Part shown: positions 18,615 to 28,100 of the stretch, one piece after another
Layout: each line of letters opens with the position of its first letter
Numbering within the stretch: the first letter of the stretch is position 1
Source of the DNA: a bacterium
Lineage (GTDB): Bacteria; Patescibacteriota; Dojkabacteria; GCA-016699595
Assembly: GCA_016699595.1 (NCBI GenBank)
Contig: CP064982.1
Coordinates: 507,962 to 571,961, forward strand
Reading direction: 5' to 3'
Length of the DNA: 64,000 nt
Notes under the pieces: model-generated
The model's database searches: none
The model's input: the letters and a program-made list of their open reading frames with translations, nothing else
Told to the model about the DNA's origin: nothing
Translations under genes and position numbers: made by a program

Positions 18615-19442
18615 TTACAAAGCAGCATCTGCTGCTGATTTCATTTCAGTCCAACTATATGCTCCAGCAAAGTTTTGATAATTCACAAAAAAGCCCGGTG
18701 TCCCAAAATTAGGGCCTACTGCAAAAGTATATGACAGAGTTTGTTCTGATGCCAATCTTGCTTTATACTTACCAGAAGATACACACTCCTTTAACGAGTC
18801 ATTAACTACATTTGTGGGTAACAAAGCATATAGTTTATCAACTAGTGCAATATCATTTTTGACTTCATTGTTGATCACGCTATAAGCAATATTTGTGAAT
18901 AAGGCATTATGAGCTTCAAAAAACTTGCCTTGATCGTATGCACAATACATAACTTGTGTAGCAACTTCACCAGCTCCATGTCCTGGGAAATATAACCAGA
19001 CAAATTGTGCCTTTCCTTCATTTACAAGCTTCTCAATCTCTCTAACAGGTGGAACATAAGTTCCTCCATCGGTATCATATTTAAACCTAGCATCTTGACT
19101 AGCTAGTTCTGGGTTGTATCCTCCTGCAATATGACAATAAGGACAACTTGGATCTGATATTTCTACTATTTTCAATTTAGCATCCTTACTTCCCATGAAA
19201 ATGAGATCATTTCTTTCAAAGAGTGCATCAATTTGTTCATTGGAAATCGTTTTGGTTTCTGCAGTAGTAGTAGTGTTTTGTGAGTTTGCAGTCAAATTCA
19301 AATTTCCACCTGATAGCTTATCTACTTTTGTAGATATAACTATCAAACCAACAAAAATTATGATTGCTGATATAAATATAGTTATAGGAGTCAAAAAAGG
19401 CAATAAATTCACCTCATCCATTTTTGAAGAATTTCTATCCAT
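18615..19442 (-). CDS. DsbA-like thiol:disulfide oxidoreductase, membrane-anchored
   Basis: N-terminal TM helix, thioredoxin-fold CPYC active-site motif. Confidence 0.7.
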   Translation of the reverse strand: MDRNSSKMDEVNLLPFLTPITIFISAIIIFVGLIVISTKVDKLSGGNLNLTANSQNTTTTAETKTISNEQIDALFERNDLIFMGSKDAKLKIVEISDPSCPYCHIAGGYNPELASQDARFKYDTDGGTYVPPVREIEKLVNEGKAQFVWLYFPGHGAGEVATQVMYCAYDQGKFFEAHNALFTNIAYSVINNEVKNDIALVDKLYALLPTNVVNDSLKECVSSGKYKARLASEQTLSYTFAVGPNFGTPGFFVNYQNFAGAYSWTEMKSAADAAL

Positions 19443-19506
19443 AATACTTGTCTCATCTGGATTACCAGATCAAATTGATAAGTCAGATATTCTATAACAA
19501 AAATAA

Positions 19507-20673
19507 TTAAAGTGCAACAATAAAATCTCCGGAAATCCACCCAGTCAGATTTCCTTTTGAAATTTTATACCATCCATTTTCTTCTGAAATAACTTTATAG
19601 ACTTCGCCATTATAAACCCTGTCTATCTCAACAGAGTAAATGTTCGAACTCTCCCTTACACGAAGAAAATCATTCGGGGCGCCGCTTACAACAATACTTT
19701 TTTCAGTTTGCACTCCTTGTATAGCTTGTATCAGTTTTACTTGCTCACGATCAGTATTTACTGAGAATCTGGTATTACTTATTTTGATCCCGTTTAATGT
19801 GCCCAAAATGAAATCCTGTGAAGCATTGGGAACAAACTTAATAAACAAGCTAATCACTTTTTCATCATTCACCTTCAAAACATCCTTGGGTTTGAAAAGT
19901 GCAACTCTAGAAAAAGATGACCAGTATTCCTCTCCTGCGTAAAACTTACTCGTTTTGTCAAATGGATTTTCAGTTATCAAAAATATTGGGGAAATATTCT
20001 CTCCATATATGCCAACATCACCAATGTTTTTTAAGGACATTTTAACTTCAACTATGTCACCTTGCTTATAGCTTTGTTCCATTTCTTCAAAGTTTACAGA
20101 TAACTTATACTCTGGAGACTTAGTACTTGATAGATCTTTTAGTGAATTTATGGAATTAGATAAACTTGAATTTTCCGAATCAAGCAACGATAATTTGTAG
20201 GATTTTTCTTCTTCATTGATATTTATTTGCAATTTGCTTAGGATAATATCTTCAATAGCATAGCTTTCAAGCATTTTTTGAATATCCTTATTCACTACAC
20301 TTTCGCTAGGTGAAGTCCATACAATTATTTCATTTGATGTTTCGCCTAAGTTTATTTCTGATTCAGGTCCATCTTTTGCAAGTTGGTACAGTTCCTGATT
20401 GCATAAAAAATAATGAGCAGGCAAGTCAGACATAAAAAATCTTGTAGTCAGATAATACTGTAAATTTCTAACTTGCCTATCGCAACTTCTGGTCTCACTT
20501 AGTTCAACTTCAACGAATCTTAGTGATTTTGGCATTCTGAAGACTGCTTCTTTTGAGTATAGGGCTTCGTCAGCTAGCCAAACCTCCCTTTTCGTTAGTG
20601 CAAAATTATCTATAGTCGAATAGCTAAAGAAAAATATTGTAAAGATAAGTATTAAAAAAAGTTTTTTGATCAT
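19507..20673 (-). CDS. Secreted hypothetical protein with C-terminal SH3b-like domain
   Basis: N-terminal signal peptide MIKKLFLILIFTIFFFSYS; C-terminal YKVISEENGWYKISKGNLTGWISGDFI resembles bacterial SH3. Confidence 0.5.
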   Translation of the reverse strand: MIKKLFLILIFTIFFFSYSTIDNFALTKREVWLADEALYSKEAVFRMPKSLRFVEVELSETRSCDRQVRNLQYYLTTRFFMSDLPAHYFLCNQELYQLAKDGPESEINLGETSNEIIVWTSPSESVVNKDIQKMLESYAIEDIILSKLQININEEEKSYKLSLLDSENSSLSNSINSLKDLSSTKSPEYKLSVNFEEMEQSYKQGDIVEVKMSLKNIGDVGIYGENISPIFLITENPFDKTSKFYAGEEYWSSFSRVALFKPKDVLKVNDEKVISLFIKFVPNASQDFILGTLNGIKISNTRFSVNTDREQVKLIQAIQGVQTEKSIVVSGAPNDFLRVRESSNIYSVEIDRVYNGEVYKVISEENGWYKISKGNLTGWISGDFIVAL

Positions 20674-20695
20674 AATTTATAAAATGCCGTTACAT

Positions 20696-21619
20696 TTAGC
20701 GGATATATCTTCTTATCACAAAAGCATTTATGAATCCTCCAAAAAGTACTCCAACTGCGACATTAATTAACAGACAAAATATCAAATTTACCAAACTAAT
20801 AGAATCCCTCAATCCTATTTGATTAAAAAGATTATATATTTGACCTTCCCTAAGAATGTTTGGGTTAATGAAATAAATAACAAGAAAAATAGCTAAGAAA
20901 AATAACATCGAAAATATAATGGAGATAAAACCATATACAGCCCCTTCCATGACGAATGGAGTTCGAATTTGACTATTCGTAGCACCAACCAGCTGCATAA
21001 TACCAATTTCTTCTGACCTGATCCTTATTGAGAGTTCAATTGATAGTATGGTACTTGCCAAAGCTACCAAAAACATCAACCCCAAAAATATTCCTACCAA
21101 AACTCTAGCTACATTTAGTAACTTATCTAGTTTTTCAATATTGTCAATCTGCGATTCAATATCTTCGATTTGGCCCTCCGACAATTCCTTTTCTTTTGTT
21201 ACGAAACTAACCAATTCCTTAAGTTCGTCAATTGTATTCGCTCTAATGTCAAGAGATGCAGGTAATTGTCCAGGTTCATCTGGCTTTATTGATTCGTAAA
21301 TCAAAGGATAATCCTTTACTGATTCTAGGAAGTATGGAATAGCTTCTATATCAGAGGTATATATTATTTGATTTGCCTTTTTTGTATCTTCTATTTTAGT
21401 TTTAATGTCATTTATATAGTTTTCTGGAGTATTTATCTTAAAGAAAATGATTACATTAGGTTGCGTCTCAGCATAATTTGCAATTTTTTGAAAAACAAAT
21501 AAACTTATCAGCAGTATATTTGTGAGCAAAAATATCAAGGATAATACTGACAAAGTAGAAAAAGTTATAAACTTATACCTTGCAATATTTTTTGTAGCTG
21601 TAGATAAATTTTTAAACAT
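20696..21619 (-). CDS. ftsX: Cell division permease FtsX-like
   Basis: 307 aa; N-terminal TM, large extracytoplasmic loop, three C-terminal TM helices, MQLVGATNSQIRTPF motif. Confidence 0.7.
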   Translation of the reverse strand: MFKNLSTATKNIARYKFITFSTLSVLSLIFLLTNILLISLFVFQKIANYAETQPNVIIFFKINTPENYINDIKTKIEDTKKANQIIYTSDIEAIPYFLESVKDYPLIYESIKPDEPGQLPASLDIRANTIDELKELVSFVTKEKELSEGQIEDIESQIDNIEKLDKLLNVARVLVGIFLGLMFLVALASTILSIELSIRIRSEEIGIMQLVGATNSQIRTPFVMEGAVYGFISIIFSMLFFLAIFLVIYFINPNILREGQIYNLFNQIGLRDSISLVNLIFCLLINVAVGVLFGGFINAFVIRRYIR

Positions 21620-21712
21620 GATGAAATTTTAATCATTATCGATTTTGATTGCAAGAAGAAGATTGCAGAATTTACTCAAACAATACCAGTCATTTGAAAA
21701 AGAAAATGCTTA

Positions 21713-22960
21713 TCATATGCGTTTCATCTCTTTTGCTAACTCAACCTCATATTCATCTGGAGTTGCTGAGACATAAATTGTTTGATGAAGTTTTGAGTTA
21801 AATTCTTCAAACTTGAGAGGTCTATTGTCAAGTGCAGAAGGAAGTCTGAAGCCATACTCAACTAAGTTCGTTTTCCTTGCTCGATCTCCATTGTACATTC
21901 CACGAACTTGCGGAATAGTCATATGAGATTCATCAACTACAAGCAACCAATCTTTTGGAAAATAGTCAAGAAGTGTGCTAGGAGAACTTCCAACTTCTCT
22001 ACCTTCAATGATTCTGGAGTAGTTTTCGATTCCAGAAACATAACCGACTTCTTGAAGCATTTCAATATCAAAATTAACTCGCTGCTCAATTCTTTTTGAT
22101 TCAACTATTAGGCTCCTATTTTTGAAGTAATCAATTCTTTTGACTAACTCTTCTTGAATTTTTGGAATAGATGAAACAAGTTTTTCTTCTGGAGTTACAT
22201 ATTGTTTTGCAGGAAAGATTTTTATTTCAGTAATGCTGCTTCCCTGGATACTTTCCGGTTTATTTCCAATTTTCTCTCCAGTTAGTGGATGAAATAAGTT
22301 AATTTGTTCCAAAGTATCTCCAAAAAATTCAAGTCGAATTGCATTTTCACCTCCAACTTGATAAATATCTATGATATCGCCTCGAATTCTGAAACTTCCT
22401 GGGATGAAATCAAGCTCAGATCTTTCATACTGAAGATCAATCAACTGATGAATGAGTTTGTCTCTTGGGTAATCTTCTCGAACTTTCAAATTTCTAGTTA
22501 AAGCCATATAATCTTCAGGGTTTCCAAGTCCATAAATTGCAGAAACAGAAGCAACTATGATCACATCTGATCGAGTTAGTAATGACTGAGTAGTTGCAGC
22601 TCTATAGCGCTCAATATCTTTATTTATATCAACTTCCTTTTCAATGTAAAGATCTTTACTTGGAACATAGCTTTCCGGTTGATAATAGTCATAATAAGAA
22701 ATGAAGTATTCAACTGCATTATTGGGAAAAAACTCTTTAAATTCTGAAAATAACTGTGCTGCTAGAGTTTTGTTGTGAGCAAGAACTAGTGTTGGTTTTT
22801 GGATATTTTCGATAACATTTGCAATTGTGAAAGTTTTCCCAGTTCCAGTTGCACCAAGTAAGACTTGATTTTTCAAACCATAATTTATTCCTTGCGTTAG
22901 ATAATCTATAGCTTTTGGCTGATCTCCAGATGGTTTGTACTTAGAATGAAGTTGAAACAT
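21713..22960 (-). CDS. uvrB: UvrB excinuclease subunit, N-terminal 415 aa only (truncated or split)
   Basis: KPSGDQPKAI, LLGATGTGKTF Walker A, YFISYYDYYQPE, VDESHMTIPQ, RLPSALDNRPLKFEEF, IYVSATP; ORF stops where UvrB domain 3 should begin. Confidence 0.8.
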   Translation of the reverse strand: MFQLHSKYKPSGDQPKAIDYLTQGINYGLKNQVLLGATGTGKTFTIANVIENIQKPTLVLAHNKTLAAQLFSEFKEFFPNNAVEYFISYYDYYQPESYVPSKDLYIEKEVDINKDIERYRAATTQSLLTRSDVIIVASVSAIYGLGNPEDYMALTRNLKVREDYPRDKLIHQLIDLQYERSELDFIPGSFRIRGDIIDIYQVGGENAIRLEFFGDTLEQINLFHPLTGEKIGNKPESIQGSSITEIKIFPAKQYVTPEEKLVSSIPKIQEELVKRIDYFKNRSLIVESKRIEQRVNFDIEMLQEVGYVSGIENYSRIIEGREVGSSPSTLLDYFPKDWLLVVDESHMTIPQVRGMYNGDRARKTNLVEYGFRLPSALDNRPLKFEEFNSKLHQTIYVSATPDEYEVELAKEMKRI

Positions 22961-22968
22961 AAATTTAA

Positions 22969-23793
22969 CTAATCTTTAAATAACTCTAATATCATTTTTC
23001 TATAAATATTTTTAACAATATCATAATGTTCTTCCGAGAATTCAGAAAATATCTTTAGTGAAGCTGAACCATTTACTTCCAATATTATAGGTTGTCCAAA
23101 TTCATCAATAAGAAAATCTACTCCAGCATACCTTAATTCCATAATTTTGCAAGCTTTCTTTGATGCATCAGCAATCTTGTCCTTTAAATCACTAGAAACA
23201 TTCAATTCTGGAATTGCACCTTCAGACAAATTATGTTTCCAACTTGTAGTTCTTTTCTTAGCATAAACAAGTTCTATTTCACCATTCAAAATTATACATC
23301 TATATTCAAATTCAGAATCAATAAATGGATTTACTACGAAATTAAAATAAGTCTTTACTTGGTTTAAATAATATTGCAAAAAGATCTCTTTAAAATCATT
23401 TAAGTTTTCTATCTTATAAACATCTTTTCCACCAGATGAATTAAGAGGTTTAATAACTATTGGAAATTTTTCATTTTTTACAAATTCATAAGCTAAATTG
23501 AAGAATTTCTCAAACTTATTTTCTGTTTCTATTTCATTATCCAATGTCCAAAATAATTTGTATTCTACAACATTTATATTTTCATGCGAAAGAATTTCAT
23601 AAGTAATTTGTTTATCTTTTGCAAGCTCCAAAGCATTTCCAGAATTTGGATTTGGTTGTTTATTTAAAATATATTTAGTTACTTCACCATTCGTAAGCTT
23701 CGCAAGATATTTATCATTTTGCAAATATTTTATTTTTACCCTTGCTTCCTTGCATACTTCTTCTAAAACTTTGAATAAACTATCGTTTTGCAT
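22969..23793 (-). CDS. ATP-grasp family protein
   Basis: 274 aa; fold-level resemblance (IVIKPLNSSGGKDV, EVNGSASL) to RimK/glutathione-synthetase-type ATP-grasp enzymes. Confidence 0.5.
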   Translation of the reverse strand: MQNDSLFKVLEEVCKEARVKIKYLQNDKYLAKLTNGEVTKYILNKQPNPNSGNALELAKDKQITYEILSHENINVVEYKLFWTLDNEIETENKFEKFFNLAYEFVKNEKFPIVIKPLNSSGGKDVYKIENLNDFKEIFLQYYLNQVKTYFNFVVNPFIDSEFEYRCIILNGEIELVYAKKRTTSWKHNLSEGAIPELNVSSDLKDKIADASKKACKIMELRYAGVDFLIDEFGQPIILEVNGSASLKIFSEFSEEHYDIVKNIYRKMILELFKD

Positions 23794-23818
23794 ATGTTAG
23801 AATTATATTATTAATTTA

Positions 23819-24685
23819 ATGCTGAATATTATATCAGTTCTAAAACCCTATAACCCAGAAACTAAATCCGGTCTAATCGTTTTTGATAAACCTACGGGAA
23901 TTACTACGAATGACTTGGTTTATCAAGTTCGAAAAGAATACGGAACTCGCAAAGTTGGTGCAGCTGGAGTTCTAGATCCATTCGCAACTGGTGCTGTGAT
24001 AATAGGTATAGGAAATTGTACAAAAGACCTGACTCAATTTGAAAATTGTGAAAAGACTTACGAATTTGAGATGATTTTCGGACTTCAAACCTTGTCTGGA
24101 GACAATCAAGATATGATCGTAGATATCGTTCCTTTTAGGAAGGTGCCAAATGTCAATGAGGCGAAAGGTTTAAGTATAGATACTCTTGCAACTAATCGTC
24201 AAAATATTATTTCTACTTTTCCTAACTCCTACTTTCAAGAAGTTCCACTTTTGAGTTCAGTTAAGGTTCAAGGTCATAAACTTCGAGAATTAACTAGGAA
24301 GAATGTAAATAATATTGAATTCCTAAGCGAATATAAGTTCAATATAAAAACAGAAAGAGAAGTAAACTTCAAAAAAAGTGAAATAATACTCAAAATTCCA
24401 AGAAGAAAAGTTGAGATAAAGAGTTTAGAATTACTTGAGACCGGAACAAAGAGTTATAATCAAATTATACAAAATGCAAGTCAAGAATTTATAAATTCTT
24501 TTAATTGCTTCCTTGGGGAAGCTGTCCCGCAAAGCGGGGCTGAAGGGGTTCATTTCTCTTATTTCAAGTTCAAAACAACAGTTTCCAAAGGAACATATAT
24601 CCGAAAACTTGCAGAAGATATAGCTTTCTTGAATAATGAATTGGGGTGTGTGATGCTTTTAAGCAGGACGTCTTATATAGCTTAA
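23819..24685 (+). CDS. truB: tRNA pseudouridine(55) synthase TruB
   Basis: KPTGITTNDLV, GAAGVLDPFATG catalytic Asp motif, SKGTYIRKLAEDI. Confidence 0.85.
   Translation: MLNIISVLKPYNPETKSGLIVFDKPTGITTNDLVYQVRKEYGTRKVGAAGVLDPFATGAVIIGIGNCTKDLTQFENCEKTYEFEMIFGLQTLSGDNQDMIVDIVPFRKVPNVNEAKGLSIDTLATNRQNIISTFPNSYFQEVPLLSSVKVQGHKLRELTRKNVNNIEFLSEYKFNIKTEREVNFKKSEIILKIPRRKVEIKSLELLETGTKSYNQIIQNASQEFINSFNCFLGEAVPQSGAEGVHFSYFKFKTTVSKGTYIRKLAEDIAFLNNELGCVMLLSRTSYIA
24506..24558. repeat. GC-rich double-hairpin palindromic element, copy A, in-frame within truB
   Basis: GCTTCCTTGGGGAAGCTGTCCCGCAAAGCGGGGCTGAAGGGGTTCATTTCTC; close match to 53853-53905; encodes FLGEAVPQSGAEGVHFS. Confidence 0.65.
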
Positions 24686-24998
24686 GGGCCCACCATTAGA
24701 ATTCGAACTACTTAACTCCTGTTCCCTAGCCTGAGCAAACACAATTTTTTCTATACAGTCAGTAAGCTTCTGCAATGCCTCCTTTAAGGAGACTTCCGAA
24801 TAACATCTTATCGCCCCATTTACATCATCAGTAGCTTGATCTACTAATTCAGTAAAGGGTCCATCAGATCTATAGTATGTAGTACCAAAAAGTCTTCTAA
24901 TCTCTACTGATGCTCCTTTTATTCCAGCTTCTATTTTTTGCTTATTTTCGGGAGTATAGACATTAGAACCTTCGAAAGCATGAAAAATTTTTTGCCAT
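24659..24998 (-). pseudogene. Frameshifted or unconventional-start ORF convergent with truB
   Basis: ATG at 24996-24998 opens an 11-codon frame; the neighbouring frame is open for ~107 codons with no Met; a 1-nt slip in the A6T5 run would fuse them. Confidence 0.3.
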
Positions 24999-25116
24999 AA
25001 AGTTTAAAGTTTAGTTAGTAAAATTCAATCTGTAGAATTATATATATATATGGAAAATCAAGCAAAAAAATTATCAAATGTAATAGAGTCAAATTCAGTA
25101 GTTCACAATACGAAGA

Positions 25117-25147
25117 GAATGCATTTACATTGTAAATAAATGCATTC
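25117..25147. terminator. 11-bp stem hairpin downstream of the adhesin gene stop, putative terminator
   Basis: GAATGCATTTA-cattgtaaa-TAAATGCATTC, followed by CTTTATTTATTAT on the plus strand. Confidence 0.35.
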
Positions 25148-25181
25148 CTTTATTTATTATAAGAAATTTATATGCTTACCC

Positions 25182-28100
25182 TTAAATATACTTCAAGAAG
25201 AAAATCTTCTTCCCTGTTGATGCGAGAGAACCCAAAATCTCTCCAAAATTGATATTTTCAATATCAGAATCAATTATATTTACAGACTCTTCGTTTGAAG
25301 GTCTTTCCGTAGATGAGTACTTCTCAGGTTGTGACTCTACGACTCGATATTGACCAGGCAATAAATCAGTGAATTCATAATAGCCGAATTCATCAGTCAG
25401 AACTATTTGCCCATTTGACAAAGTCATTTTGATACCTGCAAGTGATCTGTCGCCATAATTCTTTGATTTATCGGCATTTTTATCATGATATACATAACCA
25501 GATATTGTATACAGTTTTAATCTAGCATATGCCAAGTCAGTATCCATAACATTAGCAGGTTGCCCAGATGGTAGAAGTGGTGGAGTAGCTACTACTGTTG
25601 CTACATTCACATGCTGACTTGAATCAGTTGGTGCAAGATAAGTTGCAGTACATTGCATACTCTCTCCTTCAGTCAAAACATCTTTCGGACACTGAATATT
25701 ATTTATAAGATTATCTGTAACTGATATATCATGTAGATTTGTATTTCCAGTGTTTGTCACATAGTATGTTATATTCATCATTTCTCCAGCAGATACTACA
25801 ACACCCGGAGGTGTATTTGCATCATCTCCGTTTATTTTCTTAACAATACTAATTGATGAAGATGTACCAACTAAACCTGCATCTATTGTTAAATTATTTT
25901 CTCCGACCATAAGCTCAAATTGTTCCGTATCTCCAAGAGCATCAGAATTTGAATCTGTCAAAAAACTCCCACCATTCTTGTATGTAAATTCATAACCATT
26001 AGGTTTAGCAAACCTTACTTTATAACTTCCATGCAATATATTTTCAAAAAGATAGTGTCCATCTGCATCAGTGAAAACAGTTCCAACTACATTATTCAAG
26101 CTATCCAATAATTCAACTTTCATATTTCCAAACCCAGATTCATCATTATCTTGGATCCCGTTGCCATTCTTATCTAACCAAACAAAGTTACCTATACTTC
26201 CATTAACTACTATTATAGGTACATTATTTGACTGTACTGGTAAAGCTAGACCTGTAGCTCTAAGCATAAACTTGTTTGTATAAATATCTCCTGGTTTATT
26301 CGGATTTGATATAGAAGGTATCAATACCAGCAGATACTTTGATTCTTCATTAGGTAACATTGCACTTGTTTGTATTCTAAAACCAGTAACCTCAGTTATG
26401 TTTGACGGACATCCGGCATTACCGAACTGACCTTGAGCACACCAAACTATACTTGGATTGATGGTTTGTGGGTCAAAGTCTTGAGGAAGCGTCAACAAAG
26501 ATTGTGATTGTTTCGAGTAAAGTATTGCACTTGGATCTACTCCAGATACTTTTGTCAAACTACTCAAGTAAGTAGTTCCTGTAAAATTCGTTGCAGGATT
26601 GCGCCCATCACCATTCCATGGTAGCCAATCGATGAGGTCAGTTCCAGCAACTGGATCACTTCCGGTGTTTTTCATCACAATTTCATACTCAAGTGGTTGC
26701 ATACTCTCAATTAGGGGTGAAATTGCTTTTTTGTTTACCGAAAAAGCAGATGAATTTTCAAACTGTACTGTAGCAGTAGAAGTTCGTACACTTTCAAACG
26801 AATTATCATTATCTGCAGACATAATTGCTTGATTAATTTTGATATCTCCATTACCAATGGTTGCATCTGAAATTGTTTTATATGTAATTTTTGTCAGGGG
26901 TAAACCAGAGGTTACATTACCAAAATTCCAAACTAATGTTGCACTTCCATCATTGTTCACAGTGAATGTTGGTTCACAAGTTACAGGTTGAATCATATCA
27001 GTATCCATACATATAGAAGAGCCATATTGATATCCCAATCCAGCAGGAATTGTATCTACTATTTTTACATTTATTGCTTCACCGGCTGGAGTTACTCCCA
27101 TAGCATCAGTACTTGGTTGCAAGTACCAGTTTATCTCACTCCCTGATAATTTCGAATCATTTTTTGTAGTTAAATCTTTCGTTGTTTTATTTATCCTAAC
27201 TCTAGAACCTGTAACTATTACCCTATCTCCGTGAGTGCCAGTAGCAGTATTTGCATTATAAGAAGGAACTGTTTGCCATGAACTTGGGTCATTTGGATTT
27301 GCATTAAACCAATTCCCACCTGGTATGTACCACTTACCATAATTTGGAACTATATCGCCAGGTTGTGCTGTAGGCAACATCTTATGTTTAATTGCTAAAA
27401 ATTGTACGCCATAACCTGTTTGGGCTATCATATCAGCCTGTTCAGATGCAGTAAAATTATCCCTAAATTTCAACCTAACTTTTGTAACCCGTTCAGGACC
27501 TCCAGGTATACTGTTTAGATCCAAATACCATATTCCCCCAGTAGAGTCATTATCAAAACATGTGCCAAGTCTTTCATCTTCAAAATTACTCCATGTAATT
27601 CCTTGACCATTTAGACCACCTACTCCATATTCAATAACTGCATCAGTATATGATTCCCATAAACTTGAATTTGATGGAATATGAGTAAATGCACCTTCAC
27701 CAGTATTTCCAGGGATTCTATCTATTGAAGAATTTTTGTTATCTATAGTTGTACACATAATCGAACCATTTGGTATATCAGCTATCCCATAATAATACCA
27801 AAGATTCAATGACGTCCAATTTGAATTGGCACTTAAAAACCCATCTCCTGTACGATAGGATGATCCAACATATTCTGCACCCCACCACATTGCACATGAA
27901 TCAGCATTTGCTTCAGTAATAAAGTTACAATTAATCAAATCATCGCTACGATAATCATAATCAGCTTTTTCAACCGAACCTTCAGATGGTCTAGCTATAA
28001 TTTGTTGATACCAGTTTTCAGTTCCCACTAAATCTGACTGTCCTGTTGTTTGTATATTTGTCATTCCACTACCTGGCTCATTACCAACCCCGCCCCAGTT

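Noticed and set aside
25050-25139. 29-codon plus-strand ORF (MENQAKKLSNVIESNSVVHNTKRMHLHCK) preceded by a TATATATATA run and ending in the hairpin at 25117-25147
   Set aside because: Too short and without recognisable features to call as a gene; the hairpin is more simply a terminator for the convergent adhesin gene.
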